DNA of 63,714 nucleotides, filler included, from Neoconidiobolus thromboides FSU 785 (GCA_025603075.1; 4 parts of 4 records of this genome joined end to end with filler, not necessarily neighbours in it), one strand, 5' to 3'; positions 33,683 through 47,010 are shown, counted from the first letter of the whole stretch. Notes: generated from the letters alone by a model not told the origin. Translations and numbers: made by a program.

Positions 33683-36431
33683 ATGTTCAAATTTAGCATT
33701 GGAATAGTTAATAGAACGAAACGACTTCAATTACATACCCAAAATAACAGAATTGCTCAACTCCTAGCCCAAGTCAATAAACTTCAATATTACTCTACCT
33801 TTGATAAGAATTATGGTTTAACAGCATCATCATCCGATGACAAACCCATCAAAAAACGACGTCCAAAACCTATTGACCCTCAAACTCAAGGAATTTTTGA
33901 TTTAGCCGCCCAATTCGAGTCTTCTGCTCATATTAAACCCGTTAAAGAAGAAAGTGTTAATTTAAAAGAATATTATTTGGAATATATAGGAAAAAATAAT
34001 GGATTAAATGAGATAGAAGATTTAGTAGTTAGAATAACTAAAGCATTTGATAAAGCTCAAATGAAAAAATATATACTAGATAATATTGATGGGAAATTTA
34101 AAAATAATAAGTGGACAAAAAAAGAGTTAGTTTATTGGATATTAGAGAAAGAAGGAGTAAGAGTTAGGAAAATAGAAGAGATGAAGGAGGAGAAGGAGAT
34201 GGAAGTGGAGATTATAGATAAAGTGGAAGAAGGTAAATAATTTAAAACGGATAAAAAATAAAGATATTTATATAATTAAATAGAATTTCAATCGAGTAAA
34301 AAAGAAATCTATTTTTTAATTTGTAAAGGTAAATCAAAATATTACTTAAATGAACTATTAAACTAACAATTTATTTATTTATTTATTATAATTAAAGGAG
34401 GAGAAAATTTAAGAAATTTAGAATTATTAGGCAATAGTGATATGGAAATCAATTTAGAATTGGAAAGTTATATCATCCGTGGTTCAAAGAAAGAAATTGA
34501 AAAAACGCAAAAATTAATTAAAGAATTAATGGTAATTTAAACAAAAACAAAAGAAGATTATAAAAACTGAAAGACTAATAAATTGATTTTTTATTTTATA
34601 TAGAATTTTACCACTTTAACAATCGATATCACTTCTCTTTATCAACAAGATAATAAATTTATTAAAAAAAATGCAGAATTATTGGCGGCTATTGCACATA
34701 CCACAGGTACTTATATTACTGTTTCGCATATGAATAATGTAAGTTGAGGAATATTTTTACAAAGTTTATATGTGATAATAATTGATAATTAATATTTTTA
34801 GGGTCAACAACTCTGTTTAACTGGATTAAATTCAAGAGAAATAAAACAAAGTTTAGAATGGATTTATCAAACTTTTAAATTGGTAAATAGATTATATTAA
34901 TGTTATTTAATAAATCGTTAAATATTATTATCTATATAGAATCATAATGAATTACCTAAGTTGGATTTATATTATTCAAATAGAAAAAACACATTGTATC
35001 AATCTCCAATAGTAGATTCCATAGAATTTAATTCCTTCTTTAATAATTTTTCAATGTTTCAAATCAAAGAAGATATGATTGAAGAGGTAGTTATTATTAT
35101 TATTATTATTAAAATTGAATTGTAGTTAATAATATTTTCTAGATATTAGAAGAGGACAAATATGATATTACAAAGAAATTAGATTATTTAAATAGTTATA
35201 AAATGTAAGTAAGAAATTAATGAATTTAAAATAGGAACTGAAATTCATTTTATTTTAGGTTGAACGATAAACTCATAAATAAGCATAATAATTTAACATT
35301 ACCAGAAATATTTGATTCGATTACATCTAAAATAGTAAGACCTGGATTTGAACCTAAGATAATTGCAAAGTAAATTATTTTGATATTTTTACTTTTTTAA
35401 TATTAATATTAATAATATATAATAATAATAATAATATTTTAGATTTGGACATTCAACATATTTTAATAAATTACAATTTGCTCAAGCCAATTATTTTGAT
35501 CAACAAATTAAAATTAATAATTTAAAAGAGCAATTTGATAATAATAATGATTTAGATAGTTATTTTATTAATAGGTAAATATTAATATATTAATATAAAT
35601 TCATTTTATTAAATTTAACTTAATTAAATTAATTTATATAATAAAATTTAGTTTTCCATTACATAAATTACGTGAAGATTATCTTAAATCAACAACAAAA
35701 GAATATTATTCGATAGAATATTCACCTATTAGTATAAAACAAAATCCATTTTTTATTAATGATTATTTTAATATTAATGAAATGGTCAAGATACCAAATA
35801 AGAATTTATTACTTGAATTAGATAAATTAAAATATAATTTAAATTTAAAATTTAAATTATATATTGATGAAAACAATAATACAAAAATTGAAGATAGTTA
35901 TTACTTAATGGATCAACAAATAGTTAATTTAGAAATTGGGAATAGGTAATTTAATAATAATTAATAATAATAATTTATGTTTTATTTATAATATTTATAA
36001 TAGTAATAGTTCATTACAATTCCAAATATTTAATCAAAGTAATTTGTCTTCTAATTTAGAATGTTTTAAACAATATTTGAATAGCATAAAAATTCAAAAT
36101 CAACAAATATATATATTAAATCAATTTGAGTTTCCTATTTTAAATCAAAATCAACTACAATTTCAATTAGTTAAAGTACAAAAGATTAAAGAGTATAAAT
36201 TTGATATCAAATTAAATGAATGGGATAAAGAGATACAAGTAGAATGTTTAGAAGTTATAGGAAATGAAAAAGAGGAACAACATAGGAGAGTAGTTAAGGT
36301 AAATGAAGAGATTGAAAAAATTTTAAATTAAAAATATTAATAATGTATATTTACTTTTTTAGACAAATATTTCAAATGATGAAGAAAGTACAAATGTGTT
36401 AAATTCAATTATTAATTTATGTTATTATTAA
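33683..36431 (+). CDS. Multi-exon mitochondrial protein, possibly SLS1-like with KH-like segments; exon structure and end approximate
   Basis: Presequence-like N-terminus, KKELVYWILEKEG, then a KH-like GGENLRNLELL...INLELESYIIRGSKKEI. About 10 GT-AG introns. The family call is from recalled similarity only. Confidence 0.42.
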
Positions 36432-36524
36432 ATTAAATTAATATAGAATATAGAAAGTTTTTAATATAAAAATAAAGTAGATTATTTAATTAATTATTAA
36501 TAGAAGAATGAATCAAAATTATTT

Positions 36525-36595
36525 CATTTTATTTTATTTTATATTTTATATTTTATATTTTATATTTTATATTTTATATTTTATTTTATTTTATT
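36525..36595 (+). repeat. (ATATTTT)n/(ATTTT)n microsatellite between two convergent genes
   Basis: Directly visible. Confidence 0.85.
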
Positions 36596-36992
36596 TGATA
36601 TTAGCTTTAACAATATTTTGATCTAATTGATAATAATGATCTAATTTCATATGGGACTTTGGATCTAAATCAACAATACCTAATTGATAATAAATCTTAT
36701 CTTTATTTTTTAGCCAATCTTTTAATATTAATTCATCTCTGAACATCTCTTTATCAATGTTTTTTAATAAGTTACTATCAAAACTAAGAAGAATATTAAG
36801 TATTAACAGCTATTAGAGTAATAGAGAATATAAAAGGAAACTTACTTTATAGAATCGTTACTAATTAATGGAATAGTTAATAAAATTGAACAATCTTTAA
36901 AACTTAAAGAAGCAATAAATGCATAAATTGCAGTTAATATATCATTATCATCCGTAAGATTAATATTTTTATTAAGTTCATTATTATCTATA

Positions 36993-37023
<31 letters not shown>

Positions 37024-38301
37024 TAAAAATAAAATTTAAATTCTAAAAACTTACTATTTAAACTTTCAATTACATTTAACCAATCTTTTTCTATTGGTTC
37101 TTCGATTTGTTTATTTTCTAATTTCTCTTTTAGTTGATAAATTCCTTCAATATCATATTTATCTAATTTTAATTGAGCTAATTTTAATTTATATAATAAT
37201 TTATCATTTAATAATATAACAGATATTAAACAAATAAAAAATTGTTTGATATTTCTTCATAAATAAAATAATTTAATATAAATAAATAAAATACAGATGA
37301 TTAAACTTACACTTCAGATGAAATATTAAAATCAAGTGATAGTAAGTCAAATGCCTATAAATAAATAAATTATTAATACAATATTTCAATAAATTTAAAA
37401 TAAATTCAATTCACCTCTTTCACCTCTATTTCTATTCCATCCCTGAATAACCTCAAGTTATTTTGTGGAGTTTGAATTAATTGACTAAGACTACATTTGA
37501 TCTTATCAATATTCTGTGAATAAAGATCCATTGGACAATATTCACTTTTTGTTTTATTTCCTGATAACAATTTAAATTCTTGATGTAAACAAAATCGACA
37601 TTTAGTTAATTTGATCTTATTTTGTTCCAAAATATATCTAGAAGTAGGCAGAAAACCCCATTTTGGCTAATTAAAAAAGGATAATATTTAATTTAATGCT
37701 TAAATCATTATTATTAATATCAATCAACTTACTTTAATTTCTATGCCTAATGTATTTCCCTTTCTTAACGGTATACTTTTATAAATCATTAATAAATTTT
37801 GACTTAAAAATATATATTTAGCATTCCAGTTTAATCGTTTGTTTCTTCTAAATTGGGGTCTAGATAAATAGATTTGATCATCTATGGATTTAATAAACCC
37901 GATAGTTGGTTGAAGGAATAACTAATAGAATATTGAGGTTACTAAAATAGATGGGTTATTATATGAACGTTATGATTGACTTACATTAAATGGTAAATAA
38001 TCTTCTCCTATGAGTGAAGTCACTATAATGTCTTTAAATATTTTGATTTTTATAGGATCCTTAACAATATCTTCTTTATTACCAGTTTTTGTTAATCGTA
38101 GTATTAAATTATTCTGTAAAAGTTAATTCTTAATTTTTCTTTTTATTATTATTATCAAATTTCAATATAGCTTACTAATTTTGAGTTAATTCCAATATAA
38201 CCTAATACAATGTTTTCATTGCCTTCTTGAATATATTGCCAGTTACTAGGGACAAAGATTTCAGATTCAGGATAAGATGAGATTGAAGTATTGGAAGTCA
38301 T
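36591..38301 (-). CDS. IPK1: Inositol-pentakisphosphate 2-kinase, multi-exon
   Basis: WQYIQEGNENIV, GIEIK|PKWGFLP...CRFCLHQ...YCPMDLYS, SLSFKDCSIFI and IIDLDPKS are the Ins_P5_2-kinase motifs. Confidence 0.92.
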
Positions 38302-38644
38302 TGTTCAAAATATAATAATTAAGTTGTATTCTATTTTAATTGAATATTGATAGTCTTTATTAATTGTTTATTAAATTGAGTTAGTTGAATTTGATTAATG
38401 ATACAAAATAACAAATTTAGAAAATTCAAAAGAAATAAAGTGAATTTAAATTAAACAACTAAATTTATTAAGGATTAATCAAGAATTTTGACTAAAATAA
38501 AATTATTATTTATATCACCACAATGCCACTTATAAAAGTATATAAAAACCTATTAATTAGCTATAATAATAACGTATGATATATTTATTAACAAAGGGCT
38601 TTAAATTAATAAAAATAAAAATAAAAAATCTTAAATCTTTTAAT

Positions 38645-38746
38645 ATATGGGGGTGTTTTTTTTGGCTTTCATCACTTTTTTATTTTTAAGTGCCATTTGA
38701 ATAAAAAACTGTTGGTGAAATTTTCAAATACAAAATACATCACCAT
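38645..38746 (-). mobile_element. ~105-bp MITE family copy, ~90 bp upstream of tRNA-Phe
   Basis: atatgggggtgttttttttggctttcatcac...aaatacatcaccat. Confidence 0.82.
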
Positions 38747-38837
38747 GCATTATTTCATGTTAAATTTACTATTGTAATTTTATCATAAAATGTTAAGCTT
38801 TATATATTTTAAATAAAATTAAATTTATAGGAAAATT

Positions 38838-38843
38838 GCGGCT

Positions 38844-38887
<44 letters not shown>

Positions 38888-38910
38888 GCGTTCAATCCGC
38901 GGTGGGCGCA
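38838..38910 (+). tRNA. tRNA-Phe (GAA), intronless, with a G4:G69 acceptor-stem mismatch
   Basis: GCGGCTA-TA-GCTC-AGTTGGGA-GAGC-G-TCAGA-CTGAAGA-TCTGA-AGGTC-CCGCG-TTCAATC-CGCGG-TGGGCGC-A. Confidence 0.93.
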
Positions 38911-39309
38911 CATATCCTTTTTATAATTTCAAACTAATATTAAATAACAAATTTTTACTGTATGAAAAATCAATTCAAAGTAATTTTCAAGTCAAATATA
39001 AGATTTGAATGAAGATATATTATAGTAATAATTTAATGAAATGAAAGTTATATTGAGTTAATTGAATTCTTAATAACTATTATTAAGTCTATATTTTTTA
39101 CTTTTATAAGATCAAGTTGTTCAACTAGTTTCAAAATTTATAATAAAATCTATCTATTATCATTAATAAACTTTAAAAATTCATTTAAAAAAACTCTCAA
39201 TTTTTAATCACCTTTTTAATTTTTAATTTTTAATAATAAAAAAATTTGTCTATAATTATTAAAAATGTTCACCCGATGCATTTATATTTTTTCTATTCAG
39301 ATTTATCTT

Positions 39310-40655
39310 TTAGATTCTAGATGGAGCGTCTGAAATTTTAGTTGGAAAAAAAGTAAGTTCATCTTCTTCTAAAGTATCTGAGGGTAATTGGAAATCTTTT
39401 AATTCCGTTAAATAATAGCGAATCAATGCGTCTTTACAGGCCTAATTAATAAAATCGTTATTATCATCATTATCATTATTGAGTTTAATTAGTTTACTCT
39501 AAACTCGGCCATTTTAAGAGAGGAGCCATAACCTAAATTAAAGATGTTATTAGTTATTTGTATTTGAATATTATTCTAATTGAAATTTACTTTCTCCTAA
39601 TTTAACATCACCGGAATAAACACCAACTACAAATACTGGTCGATTAGATAATCTACCTGTCTCTTTAAGTAATCTAAATAAAATAAAATATTAATTAATA
39701 CAAATTCATTTAATTTCATTCTATCATTTCCGTCTGTCTTTTTCTATATTCAACTTTCTTTCATCCACTTTTATGTATTTACTATTTATTATCATAATGA
39801 TTGTTTTTATTACTTACCTTGATACTGGTTCCGGTTTATTTTTAATTTTTAATAATGAAACTAAACTTTTTTTTGGAGTTGCTAATGGTAATAAACTATT
39901 CACATCTACTTCTTTACTTAATAAATGTTGATGAATAAATTCTTTAGTAGCTACTGCACCCTATTGAATTAAATTTAATATTTTAATAAAAGTTAATTAA
40001 TTTATCATTACCTTATCATGATAAATAGCACCAATTAAAGCTTGGACTGATTTTCCTAATATCTTATTAAATCCTACAATTTGTTCTCCCTCACTCTATT
40101 ACAAATAATATTAAAAAATTAACATTGAAATCAATATAAATAATAATGGAATAATAAAATTACCTGTTCTTCTTTATAACGAATCAATGGTGCTAAACCA
40201 AAACCTTGTCCAATCTTGGATAATGCGTAAGGATCATAATGCACTCTTAATATATCTTCAATAGTATTAACAGGTAAATTGGGATATTTGATATAATAAT
40301 ATTCCGAAAGGTAAAGACCTAATACTTTTTTACCTAGTTTATAAATAGAAGATTATTATTTATTATATTATATTATATTATATTATATTATATTACCTAA
40401 ATAACGTAATCTATCATTAGTACTAGTTTTTCCTAATAAATAAGATTTATGGGTAATAACTTGTTCAATGATTTGCTTATCAGTAAAATTAATATTGAGA
40501 CGAGCTAATAATGCATTAATAGAAGCATCACTTTTAACTTCAGTGGTAGTATTAGTAGTGTTAATTGGGTCTGAAGAATAATAACGTATCCTTTGGGTGG
40601 AGGTGAGTAATGACGAGATTGGGTTGGTTTTAATTAATCTTAAATTTCTAAGCAT
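39310..40655 (-). CDS. MRPL3: Mitochondrial large-subunit ribosomal protein mL44 (yeast MrpL3; RNase III-like fold plus dsRBD), multi-exon
   Basis: ALLARL...VITHKSY...NDRLRYLG, KYPNLP, SVQALIGAIYHDK, TPKKSLVSLL...PEPVS|RLLKETGRLSNRPVFVVGVYSGDVKLGE|GYGSSLKMAEFR|ACKDAL. Confidence 0.9.
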
Positions 40656-40858
40656 TATTAAAATTATAGAGTTCTATTTTATATAGTTAAAATGAAATTT
40701 TAATTAAATAATTTGATATCAAATTAATAAGAATTGAGATTTAGAAATGGATTCTATAGATTATTATGGGAAGTAAAAATTAGTTGAGGAATAAAAAAAG
40801 ATCCAAGTTTAATTTGGAATTTTAATACTTTAAATATTAGTATTATTCTATTACAAAA

Positions 40859-42251
40859 ATGACACATTATTTAAATTTAAAAAAAGATGTTTATAGTAAA
40901 GCCATAATTCAATATGAAGAATCAATCAATGATGAAGATGGAAATGTTAATATGAATATGAATATGAATAAGATACAGCCTTATTTACATCAAGTAATAC
41001 AATATAGAATTTATTAATTAACTAATATTTAATAGTTTAAAAAAAAAGATAGAAATACAAGTACCAAAAATAAACAGAAACAATATTGAATATGGCTCCG
41101 AAATTATGGAAATAATAGATCAATTAAAACAAAAAGAATATAATTACTATTTAATTAATTTAAATTTAGTAGAATTTCTAAAGCCGAAAACGAAAGATAT
41201 TAGCTATAAAAATATATTTTATTATTATTTACAAAAAGGCGTTGTATCAGCTAAAAGCTATTCCATTAATAACGAAACGGAAGATACTTTTTGTATTGAT
41301 AATAATTCGATGTTATATTTAAATTTATCAAAAGATACTTATTATCAACTGGGATTAATAGGTAAAAAAATAAAGATAGATAATAATTCAATAGAAAGGT
41401 TTATTGTTAAATTGGATTTAAAGAGTGAAGAATTAAATGAAGAGAGTAGTTATTATAAGAGAGTAGTAAACTGTTTTGAAAATGTATTTAATAAAAATAT
41501 TCCCTTTTTAATGACTTTTGTTGACGAAGGTAATATGATAAACAATAATAAATGATAATAATAATAAATAATTTAATCTTAATATAATAGAAACGAAAGA
41601 AGATATGAATATTAGTAAATTAATAACTGAAATGAAAGATACAGTTGAAATAAAAAAATATATTATGAAATGTAATTATGAACCAATATGGGAAACAGTG
41701 TTGCCAGAAACTAAGAATAATCAAATATTAGATTATTTAAATAATATAGAAGATATAGTTGAGTGGAGTGGTATTATCTCTAATAGTATTAATAATACAG
41801 TAATTAATGATAATAATAATGAAAGTACTGGTGAAGTTATTAAATTACATTGGAATGGTTATTTATCTTATTATCAAATGGAAAGTATATTAGAAGAACT
41901 AAGGTAATTTATAAATAGTATTTTGATAATATATCATAATAATATTATTATTATTAATTAATTAATTAATTAATTTATACATATAATAGTCTTTTAATAA
42001 AAATAATTCAACAGAATAATTCCACTCAATCTATTCCTTTCCTCAGCTTCACTATGTATGGTTTTGAAGATAGCATTATTAGTTGGTATTATAAAAATAA
42101 TATAAAAAATGAAAATAATGAAGATAAACTACATTATTATTCATTATCCGGTGAAAACATTACTCAATATTATTTTTTATTTAATTTGAATAAATTGAGT
42201 TTAATTGATATTAAAATTGCAAATGGTATGGAGAGGGCAGTGTTTGGATAG
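40859..42251 (+). CDS. RPP40: RNase P/MRP protein subunit p40, multi-exon
   Basis: MLYLNLSKDTYYQLGLIGK...RFIVKLDL, IVEWSGII, WNGYLS and LSFTMYGFEDSIISW fit Rpp40. Probable start at 40859; the first intron acceptor is ambiguous (see findings). Confidence 0.78.
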
Positions 42252-43280
42252 GATTAAAGGCAAAAACAATGAAATTGAATGCAATTGATATAGAAAAAGA
42301 ATGATAAAAATTGAAAGTTTTTTTTTTAAATAAAATAAAATAAAATAAATAAAATAAAATAAAATAAAAACTGATTGTTATTTTTTACTATAATATTAAA
42401 AAATAATTTTAACTTTAATTTTTAATTTAACTTTAGTAATGTATACTAATTATTGTTATTTTGTATATTTTTAATTTTGCTTTTAGCCAATTAGAAAGTT
42501 ACTTTATTGCTATTGAAATTAGAAATAGTAGAACATTATTATTAAACATTATAAAAAGGGTAATGAAATTGAGTATTTTTTTTAGAAGAATACATGTTTA
42601 AGTCATTAAGTCTATAAACTGAAGTTTTATAATTTCAATTAAGTTTATTTCCAATTTTTATTGCTTTTTATTAAAATAAAACTTCAATAATATTATGCTA
42701 ACTATTGTGAAATCTAGTACTCAGTGTTTGGAGTCAAGAACAGCTATTGCCTGGCTGATTACACTATAAGTCGAAAGGTCTTAGTTCATGTGACTAAGAT
42801 AGACTTGGATTATGAGGAATAGCACATAATAGATTGCAAGTTATATAAGACAAATAGAATAGACAATACTAATGTAAAATCTATGTAAAATACTATTAAC
42901 AAAACTTAGTGGCTTTATTAAATGTTCGAGATATCAGGGAATAATTCAGTTAAAAAGCCTCGAACTACTATACTCTGTAAACTCTTTTATACTCTGAAAA
43001 GTATAAATATCAAAATGAGAAGATAATATTCTTCGGGATGGAGCTAGAAATTCTCATAGCAAATCAAACTAAGAACGTGGAATTGATTTTCTCTGAGCTT
43101 GAGAACACAACAGTTTAGGTGATTGTTATGCTATAATTAACCATGGGACTAACAAAGCGATATTTCACACCATCTAAATTTTAATATTTAAATATTAAAA
43201 AAAACTAAAAAACTAAACAATCAATTAAACTATTTCTTATAAGATCTCAAGTAATAGCTAAATTTTATATACTAAAAATG

Positions 43281-43384
43281 TACGGGGATGTATTTTTGTT
43301 TAAGAATTTTACTAATCATTTTTCCACTCAAATAATGTTTAAAAGATGGAAAAAGTAATCAAGCTAAAAAAACACCCCTTTATA
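43281..43384 (+). mobile_element. ~105-bp MITE family copy (left arm of a 240-bp palindrome)
   Basis: tacggggatgtatttttg...ttttcca...tggaaaaa...aaaaaaacacccctttata. Confidence 0.87.
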
Positions 43385-43415
43385 GTTAAATTTTCTAAAA
43401 TAGAATAAATTTAAC

Positions 43416-43521
43416 ATTCGGGGATGTTTTTTTTTGGCTTTATTACTTTTTCTATCTTCTAAGTACATTTGAGCAGAAAAATGATTAGTAAAATTCTTAA
43501 ATGCAAAAATACATCCCCATT
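43416..43521 (-). mobile_element. ~105-bp MITE family copy (right arm of the 240-bp palindrome)
   Basis: attcggggatgttttttttgg...aaaaatacatccccatt. Confidence 0.87.
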
Positions 43522-43841
43522 CATTTTATTACTTTAACATGAAAATTAGTATAAAATGGATAATATTAGTTCTGTTATAATTAAGTTCATATTGATTATC
43601 AAAATCAACTTTATAAAAAAAGAGCAACTCAAGTTGCATTTGAATGTTATTAAAAATAAATTATAAAACCCCTTAAAAAAGCCATTAAATTCATATAATA
43701 AATAACTGAGTTTATTCTTCAATGATTTTAAAAAAAGATGATATAAATAGTCCAAACTTGACATTCATATTAACTAACTTAATAGTTTTCTATTTTTCCT
43801 TTTCAATATCTATTAATTAATTTTACTCTGTTCCTAAAAAT

Positions 43842-44048
43842 ATGAAAATCAATTCTATTATCTTATCATTCTTTTATTTAATAACTATTACAACTTCATT
43901 TGTACCTAATATTCCATCTATTCAAAAGGATTCTATACCAAAACCTCATAAATCAAGGTTTAGTCATAACATTTATTACTCAGAAACAGATAATCAAATA
44001 ACAGATAATGAACTAACAGATAATAAATTAACACAAGAAGTCAACTTC

Positions 44049-44084
<36 letters not shown>

Positions 44085-44323
44085 TTAATTAAACCAACTG
44101 AAATAGTACCTCAATCTACTCAATCTACTCAATCTCAAACTTATCAATCTCAAAGTGTTAAACCTGATGATAATCAATCTTATCATAACAAAATTTATAG
44201 TGTCAAATCCCAAAATCTTCAACCTAAACAAGCTAATTTACCTACATATCTTCAATTAAGTAATCTTGATTTAATACAATTAATGAAACTCAATGGTTTA
44301 ATTCAAGATGATGATTCTATTAA
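43842..44323 (+). CDS. Secreted low-complexity (Asn/Gln/Ser-rich) protein of unknown function, truncated by the gap
   Basis: Signal peptide MKINSIILSFFYLITITTS; TDN repeats; (AAT)n poly-Asn; PQST/QS repeats; open until the gap. Confidence 0.7.
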
Positions 44324-44423
44324 NNNNNNNNNNNNNNNNNNNNNNNNNNNNNNNNNNNNNNNNNNNNTTAATTAATTAANNNNNNNNNNNNNNNNNNNNN
44401 NNNNNNNNNNNNNNNNNNNNNNN
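44324..44423. other. Scaffold gap with artificial TTAATTAATTAA spacer
   Basis: Same N44-12mer-N44 construct. Confidence 0.97.
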
Positions 44424-44850
44424 TTTATTAAAGTTTTTCAAAAATATATTCGTTGTTTTTTAAATAATGATAATATTCCTTTTAAATACAAAGTAATAGT
44501 TCCTTTTTTCTAATATTTATAAATGACTATGTTCTTAGATATTTTATGATACTAAAGTGAGGGATTAGAAGTCATTAGATTTAATTGTATAAAGGAGATA
44601 AATTCAAGAAGAGGTAAGGAAATAAATTACTCAATTAATGGGTAGTATTTAATTGAAGAGTGCTTGGTGATAGTATTTTTTTATATAGTATTGAGCTAGT
44701 AGTAAACTTTGTCTAAATGATTGATGTTTTTGGAACATTAAGACTTATTTATATGAGTCAATACATCAAAATTTAAGTTATACATAAGCACAATAGCTTT
44801 AAGAGCCTCTAATAAATAAGAATGCTACTGGCTGAAAGAGCATATATATA

Positions 44851-44948
44851 TATAGATGTCTATTTCTGTATAAAAATTTAATAATATTTTTTCTGTTCAA
44901 CATCGTTAAAAGTCGAAAAAATGATGAAAGTCAAAAGCATCCCCACAT
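44851..44948 (+). mobile_element. Degenerate MITE family copy
   Basis: gatgtctatttctgtataaaaatttaataat...gttaaaagtcgaaaaaatgatgaaagtcaaaagcatccccacat. Confidence 0.6.
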
Positions 44949-45737
44949 TTAAAAATAAAAATTATTTTAATGTACACGTCTGTATCTTTGTTGGTAATGT
45001 TTTATAAAAAATGAAAGGTATTTAGAAAAGGCCATCCTATCTTTTAATTACTTACTAGTATATATTACACAAATTATTTGCTAACATATATTATACTATC
45101 CCAATTCATTTAGGACTTGAAGTTTAAAACTATAACATCAAAATAAATAGTTAGGACATATAATTTTTTTAGTCAGAATAATAAACTAAATATAAAGATA
45201 AATACTTTTTATATACAAAATTATCTCCTTCGAATCAAGTGGAAGACCCTTTACAGAACAGAAGTAAAATTGGCTATCTACCGCTCCTAGTGGATATACA
45301 ATAAAGGATTTAAGGGTCAACTCTTCAGCCTTGTGCCTTGATGTTGAATGATTCATTACGTGATCAATATCATACATTGGGGTATCAATCGACTTTTTGA
45401 TTAAGTTTATAAACTAATTTGAATTTAGATAAAACATTTACCCTTTCTAAGTCCAGAATTTTAAAAACTTAACATATGTTATAGTTCACAAAAGCGTAGC
45501 TATAAAGCACAACTTACTTTGAGTAATAGAAAAAAAGTCACATGTGGTTGAAGCCACTGTAACGCGATAGACAGGAAGCAAAAAAGGAAAGTTATCTGAT
45601 AGAGATTCAAGAGGTGATGGATGCCACGGAGCTTAACTAAAATAGACTTTTTAGATTTAAGGAGAAGGGATGTAGAGTAGGGGTTTAGTATTCAAGTTGA
45701 TTTAGTGTTGTTGATAGCCTTAAATAAAAAAAGAAGG

Positions 45738-45844
45738 ATTTGGGGACATGTTTTTTTGCTTAAGAATTTTATTAATAATTTTTCCACTCAAATAGCGCTT
45801 AAAAAATAGAAAAGTGGTAAAACCAAAGAAAACATCACCACAAT
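45738..45844 (+). mobile_element. ~105-bp MITE family copy
   Basis: tggggacatgttttttgcttaagaatttt...ttttccactcaaatagcgcttaaaaaatagaaaag...aaaacatcacca. Confidence 0.85.
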
Positions 45845-47010
45845 TAAATAAATATGTATACTTTTCATACATAGAAATGATATATTTATTTATTTAAATC
45901 AACAAAATTAAAATTACTTGAGAACAAAATTTTTATCGAAGGAATGTATTTATATAAAGATTTTAAAAAAATAAACATTTAAATAAACTATTTTTTAATT
46001 GAACTCATTTATTATCAAAATCTAAAACTTATTGTCTAAAGTTGCTTTGTTTTAATCATTCTATTTTTTGAGAATATAACGTAAATTGAAATTTATGAGC
46101 CAGTATGAAGGATATGAACTATTTCCCTAATTACCATCGCTTATAAAAAAACTACTAGTAACTAAACATACGGCTCGTGCCTTCATACGATTTACAAGTT
46201 CAATGTTACTTTATTTCCAAATTCAATCTCAAAGTGTCTTTCTTTCTTGACCAAATTCAAGTTAGTAGGGGATATAAAATCACAACACCAATAAATTATT
46301 AAATAAAAAATTAGCATTTACAAAAGAGGAAGGTTCATAAATGAAGCCATTACTATAAATAAGAGATTTATTGTTTTTATAATGAAAAGGAGAACAAAAT
46401 CAAATAAACTATGGTGATTTTCATTGACGTTTTTTCCTTAGCGGAAAAATATAAAACTTTGTTTTCTTCCGATTTTAAAAAGCGATAAGTTAACTTTCAC
46501 CCTATCATCTTACCCCTTTAAACCATGATTTCTAAAATTAATAGAGCCAATTAAAAGAGATCTAAAGTTCAACACTGCGCATGTTAGAAGGTTTATTGGG
46601 ACTTTAAATTATTAGCTACTAGTTTACAAGATTCAACTTTATTATTACAATCTAGTTCTAATAAATTAAATAAAAACGTACTACATATTAAATAACACCC
46701 GTTCAATTTCTCTGCAATTGGTTTAAAAGTTTAAGTTGTTGAGTTATCCTTCGCCAATTGAAGAGTTTTCAAATTTCAATTAGAATTTATTAATTTTATC
46801 GGCTTTACTCATACTTTAATAGTGTAAAAAGATAGCTTAGTTGATAGTATAGAAAGATAGCTTGAGTTTCAATAAGTTTAAAGGGAAAAGACAAGTTTAA
46901 TATTTTTTTATAAAATATCAATTTCCGCCAAATTTCATTTATAAAAAAGAGAGATTCAACTAACATAACTAAAGAGAATGAGTAGCAATAAGTTAACAAA
47001 GAGTTATAAT

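Noticed and set aside
45186-45400. GC-elevated patch with fragments resembling ricin-B (SALCLDV) or integrase (HWGINR) motifs
   Set aside because: The motifs lie in different frames, are very short and lack corroborating context; cannot be assigned without a search.
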